Of a stretch of DNA of 64,000 bases, positions 1 to 9,302 are shown piece after piece. Position 1 is the first letter of the stretch. The number at the start of each line of letters is the position of its first letter. Where the stretch lies: contig JBMNFY010000017.1 of NCBI GenBank assembly GCA_050949565.1, forward strand, positions 128,001-192,000. Reading direction: 5' to 3'. A program made the position numbers and the translations under genes. The DNA is from Kiritimatiellia bacterium (lineage in GTDB: Bacteria; Verrucomicrobiota; Kiritimatiellia; RFP12; UBA1067). Under the pieces are notes generated by a model that worked only from the letters and a program-made list of their open reading frames with translations, was not told the origin of the DNA and made no database searches.

Positions 1-614
1 CGCCGCTTGGCCATAGGAATCACGTCGGGCCGATCCATGATGGTTGCACAGGCGTCGGGATTGAGTTGGAGGAAGGGAATGGTCCATGTACCGGAGGCAC
101 CGCCGAGATCCAGCAGGTGCGTGAACGTCAGCTTGCCAAGGCTGGCGACGAGCGGTGTCGCCACAGGATCGGACACCTCGTGCATGGCCTGGATGAATGA
201 AGCCAGATCGCCATCGGCGCCCAGAACACTCGGACGGCGGACGGCGGGCTTGCCGCGCAACACGACACTGGCCAACTGCCCCCAGGCGCGCTGACAATTA
301 CCAAGGTGGCGCACCATGCCCAGCATACTCTGCGCCCCATCTGCGGTCAGGACTTCGGCCACCGCTTTCGGCACGCGATAAACGGGTTCAGTGTCGGTCG
401 ACTTGGTCAAAAAACCAAGCGCGACGAGCGCATCCAGCAGGATAATCACAGCCCTGAGATCGCCTTTGATGCGGGCGGCCAATTGCACCGCATTCATGGG
501 GCGAGCGTGCAAGATCGTAAAGACGTCCAGTTCCGCTGCGGCGATGATCACGCATGACGGTTGGAACCCGCGTGCCATTTCGAGGATCGTTTCCTTATTC
601 AGTTTCTTTTTCAT
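1..614 (-). CDS. SAM-dependent O-methyltransferase (Methyltransf_2 / dimerisation-domain type), runs off the left edge
   Basis: Not in the ORF track. Manual translation from ATG at 614 (RBS AAGGAG upstream) gives MKKKLNKETILEMARGFQPSCVIIAAAELDVF...HLLDLGGASGTWT...IMDRPDV with no stop to position 1. LLDLGGxxG is a SAM-binding motif. Confidence 0.85.
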   Translation of the reverse strand, partial: MKKKLNKETILEMARGFQPSCVIIAAAELDVFTILHARPMNAVQLAARIKGDLRAVIILLDALVALGFLTKSTDTEPVYRVPKAVAEVLTADGAQSMLGMVRHLGNCQRAWGQLASVVLRGKPAVRRPSVLGADGDLASFIQAMHEVSDPVATPLVASLGKLTFTHLLDLGGASGTWTIPFLQLNPDACATIMDRPDVIPMAKR

Positions 615-626
615 CAGCGTCTCCTT

Positions 627-2981
627 TTAAGGGCGTTCAAGTGCGTCAGCGATGCGCGCGCGTACACGGCGCAACGCAGCCGGGTCGCGCGTGAAATCAG
701 TCATGCTGCGGATCAATTCGCCGGTCATCGCGTCGGCGGCGGCGCGCCCCGCGCAGTGTTCCAGCATCTGTAACCACTCGTAATCCTCTATCCCGTCGCG
801 CACTTGGGCCAGCCGGATCGAAGGCAGTGGCCCATCCGTTCCCGGATAGAGCAACTGGCCGTCGCCGGGCATTTTCAGCGAGTGCTCCGCCACCCATTCG
901 TGCAAGAAGGTGTCGCCGGTTTGGAGCGGCGGACGGTCCGGCCACAGATTCACATGCCAGAAGAGCAGGCCGTCCGAGCGATAATGGTAGGTCAGCCACC
1001 CCAGCACCCGTCCCTCGATCGGCGGATATTCGTATGACGCGAAGTTCGCATGCGGCCAGGTCGGTCCGCAGCAGACATACCACCAGACCTGACGCCCCTG
1101 AGCGCGCAGACGCGCGGAGAGTTCTGGATCGTACACGCTGGTCAACGGACAAAACCAGTCGGTGATGTCCTGCTCTGGATAGTTTTTGCCATCGCGCATG
1201 TCTCGGTACATCATGGCCGTCGTCATCATCGGAATATCTGGGAAGTCGCGTTTGAGCGCACGCCACAACTCGGCGATTGCGGGATAATAGTCGTGCCGCC
1301 GCTCGTCGAATCCGTAGAGGTACGCGTATTTCTCAAGACCGTGCCGCCGCAACTCCGCGACATACGGTGTGAGGCGCGCCTTGAGGTCGTCATAAAAAGC
1401 TGGTGTATAGACATCGAGCGGAGAGTAACAGATCCACTTGACCGGGCGGGTCGGTTTCGGCACCAAGTTCAGGATGTTAAAACGATTCATACCGCGCTCG
1501 CGCGCATACAGCAGGTCGTCGATGCGGGGCGGCTCGGTTCGCGAGATGTCATCTGGATTGAGCCGGTGGCTGAGCATCAGATCGTGGGTTTTGCGCTTCA
1601 TCTCCTCGAAGCGATCCGGATACTGCGCGCGCGTGAAGCCGTCCATCACGCAGAATGCGGTGGGCATGCCGAAGGTCACGGGATTGGCGAATCCGCGCAC
1701 ACGCACGGTGATCGGCAGAATCCGCAACGGCTGGTCTCCAACGCTCACAGTGATCTGCCCGCGGTAGGTGCCCGGCACGGCATCCGGCGCGGCGCGCGCC
1801 GTCAGCCACACGCCTTGGGTGGCGGCAGGCCGCACCGTGAACGGAGCGGCCGGCAACAACGGATCGGGCAGCCAGTTCTCATCGACCGGAGCACCGCAGG
1901 GATGCGGATGGTACGGGCGCTGCCTGCGAATGTAACCGACGCGTTGCCAAGTCACCTCGCCGTCAAAGCGCCGTCCCGCGTCATCGGTCAGCGCCGTCAC
2001 CGTCACATTCACGTTCGACACCGCTACGCCATCGGCGGCCGTCACCAGAAGCTGCGCACTCTCGCACTCACGGCGCGCAAGGTCCAGTGCGATCTCTGGT
2101 GCGGCAATCTCAGAAGCAGTCGGATAGGTCAGCGGCGTGATGTGGCGCATCGCGTCGGCGGTCCACACCGCGCAACCGCGCGGGACCGGATTCGTGCGCG
2201 TCAGCGGAACCGCAGGCAGAGCTAACGTTTGCTCGAAACGCTCCTCGCCAGCGCGTGCGGTGACCGCCAGTGTGCGGTCCGGACCGCCGGTCGCGCTGAA
2301 AACCGCTGTCGCGCCGTCGCCAGAAACACGCTCCCGTTCTTCGCCCCGTTCCAGCACGCGGCACTGCCACTGCGCGCGTTTCCAGAACGCGAGATTTACC
2401 ACCACGCCGTCGGGAGAGCGCGGAACGTCGGTATGCAGCCGTACCGACTTGATGCCGAGCGCCGGCACGCGCCGTTCCAGCGTGAGGTCGTCAAACCAGA
2501 CACGTCCGGAACCGTTGCGCAAAAAGACGAAGACCTGTATCTTCTCCACCGGCTTTTCTGGGTAAAACACCTCCGCCGTGTATTCCCAGTCGTGGGTCGG
2601 TTGCGACCACGAGGCCATCACGGCCCACGCATTGCCGCCGCCGGCATACCAGATATCGAGGTAGATGCAGTACTCCGAGGCCGCGACATTTTCGGCGCGG
2701 CTCCAACCGCCGAACACGATCGGCGTGGTGTCGGGCCGGTCGTAGACGATCTCCTGCATCACACCGCCCCGCCCTTTACTGCCCGCCGGCACGTCACAGC
2801 GGATCGAGCGCGTCCCGCCATGCACCTGCGCCGTATCGCAGGCGTAAGCGCCATAGGCACGCCACCCCTTCAGAGTGCCGTTGTCCGACACCTCTTCGAA
2901 TCCGCCGTTGCGCAACTCCTGCGCCGACGCCACGCACAGGCTGAACACCGTGCAACTGATCACTAACGCTCTAACGTGCAT
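627..2981 (-). CDS. Secreted glycoside-hydrolase-like protein (N-terminal CBM-like domain, GH123/DUF4091-type C-terminus)
   Basis: Start moved to MHVRALVISC (ATG 2981, RBS CAGGAGG). Signal peptide, LRNGGFE CBM-like start, C-terminal PGDGQLLYPG...PSIRLAQVRDGIEDYEWL typical of DUF4091. Confidence 0.75.
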   Translation of the reverse strand: MHVRALVISCTVFSLCVASAQELRNGGFEEVSDNGTLKGWRAYGAYACDTAQVHGGTRSIRCDVPAGSKGRGGVMQEIVYDRPDTTPIVFGGWSRAENVAASEYCIYLDIWYAGGGNAWAVMASWSQPTHDWEYTAEVFYPEKPVEKIQVFVFLRNGSGRVWFDDLTLERRVPALGIKSVRLHTDVPRSPDGVVVNLAFWKRAQWQCRVLERGEERERVSGDGATAVFSATGGPDRTLAVTARAGEERFEQTLALPAVPLTRTNPVPRGCAVWTADAMRHITPLTYPTASEIAAPEIALDLARRECESAQLLVTAADGVAVSNVNVTVTALTDDAGRRFDGEVTWQRVGYIRRQRPYHPHPCGAPVDENWLPDPLLPAAPFTVRPAATQGVWLTARAAPDAVPGTYRGQITVSVGDQPLRILPITVRVRGFANPVTFGMPTAFCVMDGFTRAQYPDRFEEMKRKTHDLMLSHRLNPDDISRTEPPRIDDLLYARERGMNRFNILNLVPKPTRPVKWICYSPLDVYTPAFYDDLKARLTPYVAELRRHGLEKYAYLYGFDERRHDYYPAIAELWRALKRDFPDIPMMTTAMMYRDMRDGKNYPEQDITDWFCPLTSVYDPELSARLRAQGRQVWWYVCCGPTWPHANFASYEYPPIEGRVLGWLTYHYRSDGLLFWHVNLWPDRPPLQTGDTFLHEWVAEHSLKMPGDGQLLYPGTDGPLPSIRLAQVRDGIEDYEWLQMLEHCAGRAAADAMTGELIRSMTDFTRDPAALRRVRARIADALERP

Positions 2982-3060
2982 ATCGTACCTCCTGCCGGGA
3001 TGACTACTCCGGCCACAAATTATGCTGCAACTCTGGACAGCGACCACAGCGTTCAAGTGG

Positions 3061-3330
3061 AACCATGAAACACATGAAACTTCATGAAAAACAGTGGCAC
3101 CTTGGCGTTGGCGTCCTTGGCGGTTCCAGAAAACGCTCAACTTTCAATGCCCAAGTAAGTGGGCAAAATTTGGGGTGCGGTGACAAAAGCCGCGCTGTGC
3201 GCGGGTCGCGGCACCGCTTTCCCTCCGCGCTGTGCGCGGAGACACACTTAATCCCCACACTTAGTCGTCTACACTGTCTCCACACTTAGTCGATTGCGCC
3301 AGCAACGAAGTGTCTTGACGAAGTGTCGGC
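3061..3330. repeat. Mosaic intergenic repeat: ACCATGAAACACATGAAAC 9-mer block, GGxGTGCGG...CCGCTTT REP-like hairpin, CACTTAGTCG/GACGAAGTGT units
   Basis: Same modules recur at 19775, 20079, 20701, 23578 (reverse), 42270-42460 (reverse), 25586 and 48028. Confidence 0.8.
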
Positions 3331-3354
3331 GGATGCGATGATGCACCGGCGCGC

Positions 3355-3915
3355 TCACGGCGCGGCGCCAGCCTTCAGCGCGTCCGCCGCCTTCTGGTAT
3401 TTCGCGATTGCATCGCGGATGCACTCCAGCGCGGCGCGCGACGAGATGGTGGCGGCGGTGATAGCGTCTACCTCGCCGCCGTCTTTTTTAACGCGCCAGT
3501 CGGCATTCAACGCCCGGCCCAGCAGCGGCTTGCGGAAGGTGTCCGACTCAATCTTCGAGCCGAGGCCAGGAGTTTCGCTGGCCACGAGCTGCTGATAGTT
3601 CACCAAGCGTCCGTCGCCACTCAGCCCGACCATCAGGACAATCTCGCCGCCGTATCCGTTTTTGGAACGGCCTTCAACCGCGACGGCAGAGAGCTGTCCC
3701 CCTTTACGGGCGACGAAGAAAGTTTCGCCCGCCACTTCTTTTTTCTCCGGCAACGGAGCGCCCTCGGGCAACACTTTAGCCGCCGCTGTTATCGTGCGTT
3801 GTTCCAACGCGGCCTCGATCGGTGCTTTGGTGATATTGTAGACCGCAGCGAGCAACGCAGAGCTGATCGCGCAGATGAGCGTGAGAACGAGAATCAGTTT
3901 GGCAGTGTCTTTCAT
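3355..3915 (-). CDS. rnfG: Rnf electron transport complex subunit G (FMN-binding)
   Basis: Start MKDTAKLILV (ATG 3915 overlaps the rnfD TGA). Motifs GYGGEI, ETPGLG and VDAITAATISS (flavinylation site). Confidence 0.9.
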   Translation of the reverse strand: MKDTAKLILVLTLICAISSALLAAVYNITKAPIEAALEQRTITAAAKVLPEGAPLPEKKEVAGETFFVARKGGQLSAVAVEGRSKNGYGGEIVLMVGLSGDGRLVNYQQLVASETPGLGSKIESDTFRKPLLGRALNADWRVKKDGGEVDAITAATISSRAALECIRDAIAKYQKAADALKAGAAP

Positions 3916-4976
3916 GAACGGGCGTTCCTCTTCTTGGTGCCGAAAACGCGGTTGCGCGTGGCGCGGTCGATGAGCGGCGTGAAGGCGTTCATGATCAGAA
4001 TCGCGAAGCTCACACCCTCGGGATAGGAACCGGTTTTCACGGTACGGATCAGCATGGTGATAATGCCGCAACCGACGCCGAACACCAGCATGCCACGGTG
4101 TGTAAGCGGCGAGGTCACCATATCCGTAGCCATAAAGAACGCCCCCAGCATCAAGCCTCCGGTCAACAGATGCACATGCGGCGGTAGCGACGTGTCGGGC
4201 AAGATCAGATGCAGGATTACGGCATATACAAAGACAGTAGCCAGATAGGCAACCGGGATATGCCAAGTGATGACCCTGCGGAACAGCAGATAGGCGGCAC
4301 CGAGCAGCAGAGCCGCAGCCGATGTTTCACCGATGCAGCCATTGACATTGCCCAGAAAGAAATCCTTGAGCAATGTGGGATCGTTGAACAGCGGCATCGG
4401 CGCTCCGGTCTTAAGCGCATCTTTAGCGAAAGTCAGCGGCGTGGCAGTAGTCATGGCGTCCACGACTTTGGGCGTTGCCTGCGTGGCGGCACTGCTGGCG
4501 GCATAGCCCACTTTTTGAATCCAGGGCGAAGCACTCCAGGTGGTCATTGCGCCGGTGAATGAGATGAGCATAAAGGCGCGCCCCGCCAGCGCGGGGTTGA
4601 AAGGATTGTAGCCGAGTCCGCCGAAAACCTGTTTGGCCACGGCAATGGCAAAAACCGAGCCGACCACCGCCATCCACGTTGGCAGAGCGGGCGGCAGGTT
4701 GAAGGCCAACAACAGGCCGGTGACCACGGCACTGCAATCCGACAGTGACGACGGGCGCTGCATCGCTCGCCGGCAGAGCCATTCGGTCAGCAGGCAGGTT
4801 GCCACGCAGACTGCGACGAGACGCAGTGCCTGCCACTGGAAGAGCCAGAGCGACATGGCAAACGCCGGCATGAGTGCAATCACGACATCAAGCATAATGC
4901 GCGTGACCGACTCGCCACTGTGCGTGTGCGGCGATGAACTGATGATGTAAAGGTCTGATGAGGCTTCGGGTTTCAT
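3912..4976 (-). CDS. rnfD: Rnf electron transport complex subunit D
   Basis: Motifs SSSPH, KQVFGGLGYNPFNPALAGR, DAMTTATPL (FMN site), GCIGETS, FFMATDMVTSP, YPEGVSFAILIMN. Confidence 0.95.
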   Translation of the reverse strand: MKPEASSDLYIISSSPHTHSGESVTRIMLDVVIALMPAFAMSLWLFQWQALRLVAVCVATCLLTEWLCRRAMQRPSSLSDCSAVVTGLLLAFNLPPALPTWMAVVGSVFAIAVAKQVFGGLGYNPFNPALAGRAFMLISFTGAMTTWSASPWIQKVGYAASSAATQATPKVVDAMTTATPLTFAKDALKTGAPMPLFNDPTLLKDFFLGNVNGCIGETSAAALLLGAAYLLFRRVITWHIPVAYLATVFVYAVILHLILPDTSLPPHVHLLTGGLMLGAFFMATDMVTSPLTHRGMLVFGVGCGIITMLIRTVKTGSYPEGVSFAILIMNAFTPLIDRATRNRVFGTKKRNARS

Positions 4977-5000
4977 TGGAAAAGGGACAGAATGGCTTTT

Positions 5001-5252
5001 GGTTTCAAGGTTTCTGGGTTTCTGGTTTCAAGGTTTCTGGGTTTCTGGTTTCAAGGTTTCTGGTTTCAAGGTTTCTGGGTTTCTGGTTTCAAGGTTTCTG
5101 GGTTCAAGGTTTCTGGGTTTCTGGTTTCAAGGTTTCTGGGTTCAAGGTTTCTGGGTTTCTGGTTTCAAGGTTTCTGGTTTCAAGGTTTCTGGGTTTCTGG
5201 TTTCAAGGTTTCTGGGTTTCTGGTTTCAAGGTTTCTGGGTTTCTGGTTTCAA
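5001..5252. repeat. Higher-order tandem repeat (23-bp unit GGTTTCAAGGTTTCTGGGTTTCT built from 7-8-mers, with 15-bp variants) between rnfC and rnfD
   Basis: Directly visible run of GGTTTCAA / GGTTTCTG / GGTTTCT / GGTTCAA units. Confidence 0.95.
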
Positions 5253-5261
5253 GGGTTGGGG

Positions 5262-6605
5262 TTACGGGGCTTTTTGGGCGGCTCGGTTGGCCATCACCGC
5301 CGCCTTACCGCGGCGCATGTGTTGAACCAGCGGACGGCGCGCAGGACAAACAAACGCGCACGCCCCGCATTCGATACAGTCCATCAGCGCGACCCGCTCG
5401 GCGCTTTCGATGTCGTCCGCCTCAATGCACTGGCTTAGCTCGGCGGGACACAGGCGCATCGGACAGGCATCCACGCAACGCCCGCATGAGATGCAGGCCT
5501 GCGAAGTGAAAGCGGTGATTTTCTTTGGTGAAAGCAACAGCAGGCCGGAAGCAGTTTTACCGGTGGGAATCGCGAGACTACCAACCGCGAAACCCATCAT
5601 CGTTCCGCCCGAAAGCACTTTGGCCGCGCGACCGGTGATGCCGCCGCACGCCTCCACAAGGTCACTGTACAGCGTACCGCAGGGCGCGAGCAGATTCGAC
5701 GGCTGCGCAATGGCGTCGCCGCTGACCGTGATCACGCGGCGCACCAGCGGCATGCCGTTGACGACAGCGTCAAACACCGCGAAGGCGGTGCTGACATTCT
5801 CCACGACACAGCCGACATCCATCGGCAGCCCGCCGCGCGGCACTTCGCGCCCGGTGACCGAATAGATCTGCTGCTTCTCGGCACCCTGAGGATAGCTGGT
5901 GGGCAGCACGACGACAGCCACATCGCCGGCCGTATCACGAAAGGCCGTCTCGATAGCGGCAATGGCTTCCGGCTTGTTGTCTTCGATCGCAACACGCAGA
6001 CTGCGCGCGCCTAAGATGTGTCGGATGATCTCTGCACCGATACGGATCTCGGCGGCATGCTCCACCATCAGCCGATGGTCGGCGGTCAGGTACGGCTCAC
6101 ACTCCGCGCCATTGAGGATCACGGTGTCGATCGGCTTGTCGCTGGGCGGCGCGAGTTTAACGCGCGTGGGGAAGCCCGCGCCTCCCATGCCGACGATGCC
6201 GGCCGCGCCGATGTGTTCGACCAACTGCTTGGCGTTGGTGAAACGCCACTCGGGGAAGGTCGGCATCGGCTGCCAGGTCTGTTCCGCTGCAGTTTCAATC
6301 ACGATGGCGGCGCAGGCGCGACCTGCGGCGGTGAGCGTTTCTTCGAGGGCGACCACCTTGCCTGCGGCTGGCGCGTGGATCGGCGCGGAGATAAATCCGC
6401 CGGCCTCGGCGATCAGCTGCCCCCCCGTGACCGTATCGCCGACCTTGACAACCGGCTTGGCGGGCGCGCCGAGATGTTGCGACATCGGTACGGTCAGGCG
6501 CGCGGGTAACGGCAACTCACGGATCGGCTCAGAAGCGGTGAGCGTTTTGTTGTATTCGGGGTGGACGCCGCCCCGGAGGGCATGTGGAGATCGGATGGTA
6601 ACCAT
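5262..6605 (-). CDS. rnfC: Rnf electron transport complex subunit C
   Basis: Motifs GGVHPE, AGIVGMGGAGFPT, LNGAECEPYLTAD, YPQGAEK, and two ferredoxin motifs CISCGRCVDACP and CIECGACAFVCP. Confidence 0.95.
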   Translation of the reverse strand: MVTIRSPHALRGGVHPEYNKTLTASEPIRELPLPARLTVPMSQHLGAPAKPVVKVGDTVTGGQLIAEAGGFISAPIHAPAAGKVVALEETLTAAGRACAAIVIETAAEQTWQPMPTFPEWRFTNAKQLVEHIGAAGIVGMGGAGFPTRVKLAPPSDKPIDTVILNGAECEPYLTADHRLMVEHAAEIRIGAEIIRHILGARSLRVAIEDNKPEAIAAIETAFRDTAGDVAVVVLPTSYPQGAEKQQIYSVTGREVPRGGLPMDVGCVVENVSTAFAVFDAVVNGMPLVRRVITVSGDAIAQPSNLLAPCGTLYSDLVEACGGITGRAAKVLSGGTMMGFAVGSLAIPTGKTASGLLLLSPKKITAFTSQACISCGRCVDACPMRLCPAELSQCIEADDIESAERVALMDCIECGACAFVCPARRPLVQHMRRGKAAVMANRAAQKAP

Positions 6606-6621
6606 GGGAAAGAAAAACGGG

Positions 6622-7440
6622 TTAGGATTCAGGGTTTGGGGGTTGGGACGCGGAAGCGTCCTTGCGGATGCAGTGGGCAGGACACTTAGCCACGGTCTCT
6701 TCGTTGGTCAAAGGCTTGGCGTAATCAACCACCGCGAGGAAACCGTCCATGCTGATCGCGTCATCGGCCAGCTTGGTGCACATCCGGCAACCGATGCAAC
6801 CTGTGCCGCAGACCTTTTTCACGGCGGGGCCCTTGTCTTTCGAACTGCACAGCACATGAATCTCGGCCGCCGCCGGAACAAGTTTGATCAGCTTGCGGGG
6901 ACAGGCCGCGACACACTTACCGCAGGCGATACAAAGTGCTTTATCGACCTTGGCGATACCATTCTCGATACGGATCGCGTTCACGGGACAAACCCGGGCA
7001 CAGGAGCCGTAGCCCAGACAGCCGTAGGTGCAAGCCTTGTCACCGCCCGCCGTGGCCTGCGCGGACGCACAATCGACGATGCCATTGTAGGCGGAGCGCC
7101 GGAGCGCTTCGGTGTCGTCGCCGCAACAGAGTACAATCGCGACGCGCCGTTCCACCTCGGCTGCGGCACGCCCGAGAAAAGCGGCGATCTCTTGCGCGCA
7201 GGCAGTCCCACCGGGCGCACAGAGATTGCACGCCACATTGTCGGCCACAATCGCACGCGCATAATCGGCGCAACCCGCATATCCGCATCCGCCACAGTTC
7301 GCACCGGGCAACATTTCGGTTACTTTGTCGATGCGCGGGTCTTGCGGCACGCTCCAGTGTTTCTCTGCCAAGGCCAAAGCCGCCGCACTGGCCAGGCCGA
7401 TACCGCCGATGCAAAGAGTAGATGTTGTAATCAGATCCAT
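6622..7440 (-). CDS. rnfB: Rnf electron transport complex subunit B (Fe-S)
   Basis: N-terminal TM anchor, LPGANCGGCGYAGC, CLGYGSCARVCP, CIACGKCVAACP. Confidence 0.93.
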   Translation of the reverse strand: MDLITTSTLCIGGIGLASAAALALAEKHWSVPQDPRIDKVTEMLPGANCGGCGYAGCADYARAIVADNVACNLCAPGGTACAQEIAAFLGRAAAEVERRVAIVLCCGDDTEALRRSAYNGIVDCASAQATAGGDKACTYGCLGYGSCARVCPVNAIRIENGIAKVDKALCIACGKCVAACPRKLIKLVPAAAEIHVLCSSKDKGPAVKKVCGTGCIGCRMCTKLADDAISMDGFLAVVDYAKPLTNEETVAKCPAHCIRKDASASQPPNPES

Positions 7441-7468
7441 GAGAAGATGTGCTACGAATGAAGAAGGG

Positions 7469-8047
7469 TTATCTGACCAGACCGCTGAAGCCCATGAAAG
7501 CCAGACTCAGCAAACCAGCGGTCACCAGCGAAAGCGCCACGCCCTGAAAGCAACGGGGCGGGACGGCGCGCTCGATTTTCTCGCGAAGACCGGCGAAAAT
7601 CAGTAGGGCGAACGAGAAGCCGACTGCGGCGGAAAAGCCGAACAGCACCGATTTAAAAAAGCCATATCCCTCTTGCATGTTCAGCACCGCGACACCGAGA
7701 ACCGCGCAGTTCGTGGTAATCAGCGGCAAGAAAATGCCGAGCGCGGCGTGCAGCGACGGCGTGAAACGTTTCATCACGATATCAATGAGTTGCACCAGCG
7801 CGGCGATCACCAAGATAAACGAGAGGGTCTGGAGAAACTTGTCAAGCCCCAGCGGCACGAGCAGGTAGGTTTGCAGGCACCAGGTGGCCGCCGAGGCGAT
7901 GGTAATCACAAAGATCACCGCGCCTGACATACCAAGCGCGGTCGAGATTTTTTTTGAGACGCCCAGAAACGGGCAAATCCCGAGAAATCGACTCAGCACG
8001 AAGTTGTTGACAAGAATCGCACTGATCATCAATAACACGTATTCCAT
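7469..8047 (-). CDS. rnfA: Rnf electron transport complex subunit A
   Basis: ILVNNFVLSRFLGICPFLGVSKK, GIFLPLITTNCAVLG, LSLAFMGFSGL are RnfA-type rather than RnfE-type. Confidence 0.92.
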   Translation of the reverse strand: MEYVLLMISAILVNNFVLSRFLGICPFLGVSKKISTALGMSGAVIFVITIASAATWCLQTYLLVPLGLDKFLQTLSFILVIAALVQLIDIVMKRFTPSLHAALGIFLPLITTNCAVLGVAVLNMQEGYGFFKSVLFGFSAAVGFSFALLIFAGLREKIERAVPPRCFQGVALSLVTAGLLSLAFMGFSGLVR

Positions 8048-8124
8048 ACCAGAACCTCACAGGGGCACAAACAAAAGTTCGTGAAAGGGTACCGGATTTG
8101 CTGCGGCGTTTCAAGCCGAACTAG

Positions 8125-8188
8125 AAAGGAGTTTCCCCAAAAAATCTGGTCATCCCAGAATGACCAGATTTTTTGGGGAAATTCCTTT
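8125..8188. repeat. Near-perfect 29-bp inverted repeat with 6-nt loop
   Basis: AAAGGAGTTTCCCCAAAAAATCTGGTCAT-cccaga-ATGACCAGATTTTTTGGGGAAATTCCTTT (one mismatch), in the divergent intergenic region upstream of rnfA. Confidence 0.9.
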
Positions 8189-8198
8189 TACGGCGATG

Positions 8199-8228
8199 TT
8201 GACCCGGCAAGCGGTGCCGTGGTATCAT
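8199..8228 (+). promoter_or_regulatory. Putative sigma70-type promoter for the 8281-10613 genes
   Basis: TTGACC-18 nt-TATCAT with TG extension. Confidence 0.45.
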
Positions 8229-8280
8229 CCGAAATGATATGAATTGTTAATCGGGCGATTTATTGAGGAGGAGTTGATTG

Positions 8281-9243
8281 ATGAAGAGACGCGATTTCCT
8301 GACATCTTCGGCGGTTGCCGGAGCTGCTGCAATGTGCAGTGCGCCACGTACCGCTGCGGCTCAGGCGAGTGGAGGCAGCGGAATGCCAAAGTTGACGCCG
8401 CCGGAAAAACCGGCCGAACTGAACCTGTGCCTGCAATGGGGAGCGATCCCGGGCGGCGAGATGAAAGAGAAGCTGGACTTCCTTGAGGCGAACGGCTTCT
8501 CGGCGGTCGAGATTCCCTCGGGTGACTGGCCGATCAAAAATTGCGACGCGTTGCTTGATGCGATGAAAGGGCGCAAGCTGTTCATCGCCACAGCCTGTGG
8601 ACCGAGCAATTTTGCGTATGCGGAGCCGGAGAAGCGCGAAGCCGAAGTGCAGAAGTTCCTGCCGGTAATCGAGGCACTCGGTAAGATGAAGTCGGTGGGC
8701 TTGATCATCTGCCCGGCGCGCGGCAAGCTGAGCGAGCCGGGGTGGTTGACCGCCAAGGAATTGCGCAAGGATTTTGTCGAGAACACCGGCAAGCGGCTGG
8801 CGGAACACGCGCACAAGCACGGCACGTCGATCGTGCTGGAGCCGCTGCGGCGCAACGAAACCCCCTTCCTGCGGCAGGTGGCGGACGGCGCGCGCATCGC
8901 GGCGGATATCGGTCCGGGCGCAACGGTCATGGGCGATTTCTGGCACATGGAACTGGAAGAAACCAGCTTCATGGGCGCCTTTATCAGCGGCGGCAAACTG
9001 TTGACGCATGTGCATATCGCGGGTCTGAAAGAGCGTATCATCCCCGGCGTGCACCGCGATGCCGACAACTATGTGGACGGCTTCAAGGGACTCAAACTCA
9101 TCGGCTACCGCGGCGCGGTCAGCTTTGAGGGCGGCTGGCCCAAGAATCCTGAGGATCCCAAGAAGGGGCTGCCGCAGGAGGAGAGAATCCGGTTGATCCG
9201 CAACATGGTCACGTTGCTGCGCGAGCAGTGGGCGATGGCGTGA
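8281..9243 (+). CDS. Tat-exported sugar-phosphate isomerase/epimerase family TIM barrel (xylose isomerase-like / AP endonuclease 2)
   Basis: MKRRDFL twin-arginine signal; metal ligands in LEPLRRNE, GDFWHM, HVHIA, VSFEG; RBS GAGGAG. Confidence 0.85.
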   Translation: MKRRDFLTSSAVAGAAAMCSAPRTAAAQASGGSGMPKLTPPEKPAELNLCLQWGAIPGGEMKEKLDFLEANGFSAVEIPSGDWPIKNCDALLDAMKGRKLFIATACGPSNFAYAEPEKREAEVQKFLPVIEALGKMKSVGLIICPARGKLSEPGWLTAKELRKDFVENTGKRLAEHAHKHGTSIVLEPLRRNETPFLRQVADGARIAADIGPGATVMGDFWHMELEETSFMGAFISGGKLLTHVHIAGLKERIIPGVHRDADNYVDGFKGLKLIGYRGAVSFEGGWPKNPEDPKKGLPQEERIRLIRNMVTLLREQWAMA

Positions 9244-9302
9244 GGAAGTTTGTTAGTTAATTAGTGCATTAGTGCATTAGTGAGTTAGTAGGAGAGAGAG
9301 AG

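Noticed and set aside
1050-2966. Long antisense ORFs here and elsewhere (e.g. 5899-7461, 10939-12306, 16020-18426, 31144-32910, 39991-41013, 62478-63638)
   Set aside because: They are shadow ORFs opposite well-supported genes in high-GC DNA, with no motifs of their own.
3916-4266. N-terminal extension of the 3355-4266 ORF; likewise the extensions of 627-3140, 31534-32967, 39814-41190, 42711-43841 and 48217-48858
   Set aside because: These extensions overlap other genes or intergenic DNA, and downstream ATGs with an RBS fit the family starts.
4958-5509. Plus-strand ORFs with FLVSRFLGFWFQG repeats in all three frames
   Set aside because: They are translations of the tandem repeat, antisense to the rnf operon.
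7469-8047. Calling this gene rnfE
   Set aside because: The motifs (LVNNFVL..FLGICPFLGVS, LAFMGF) are RnfA-type.
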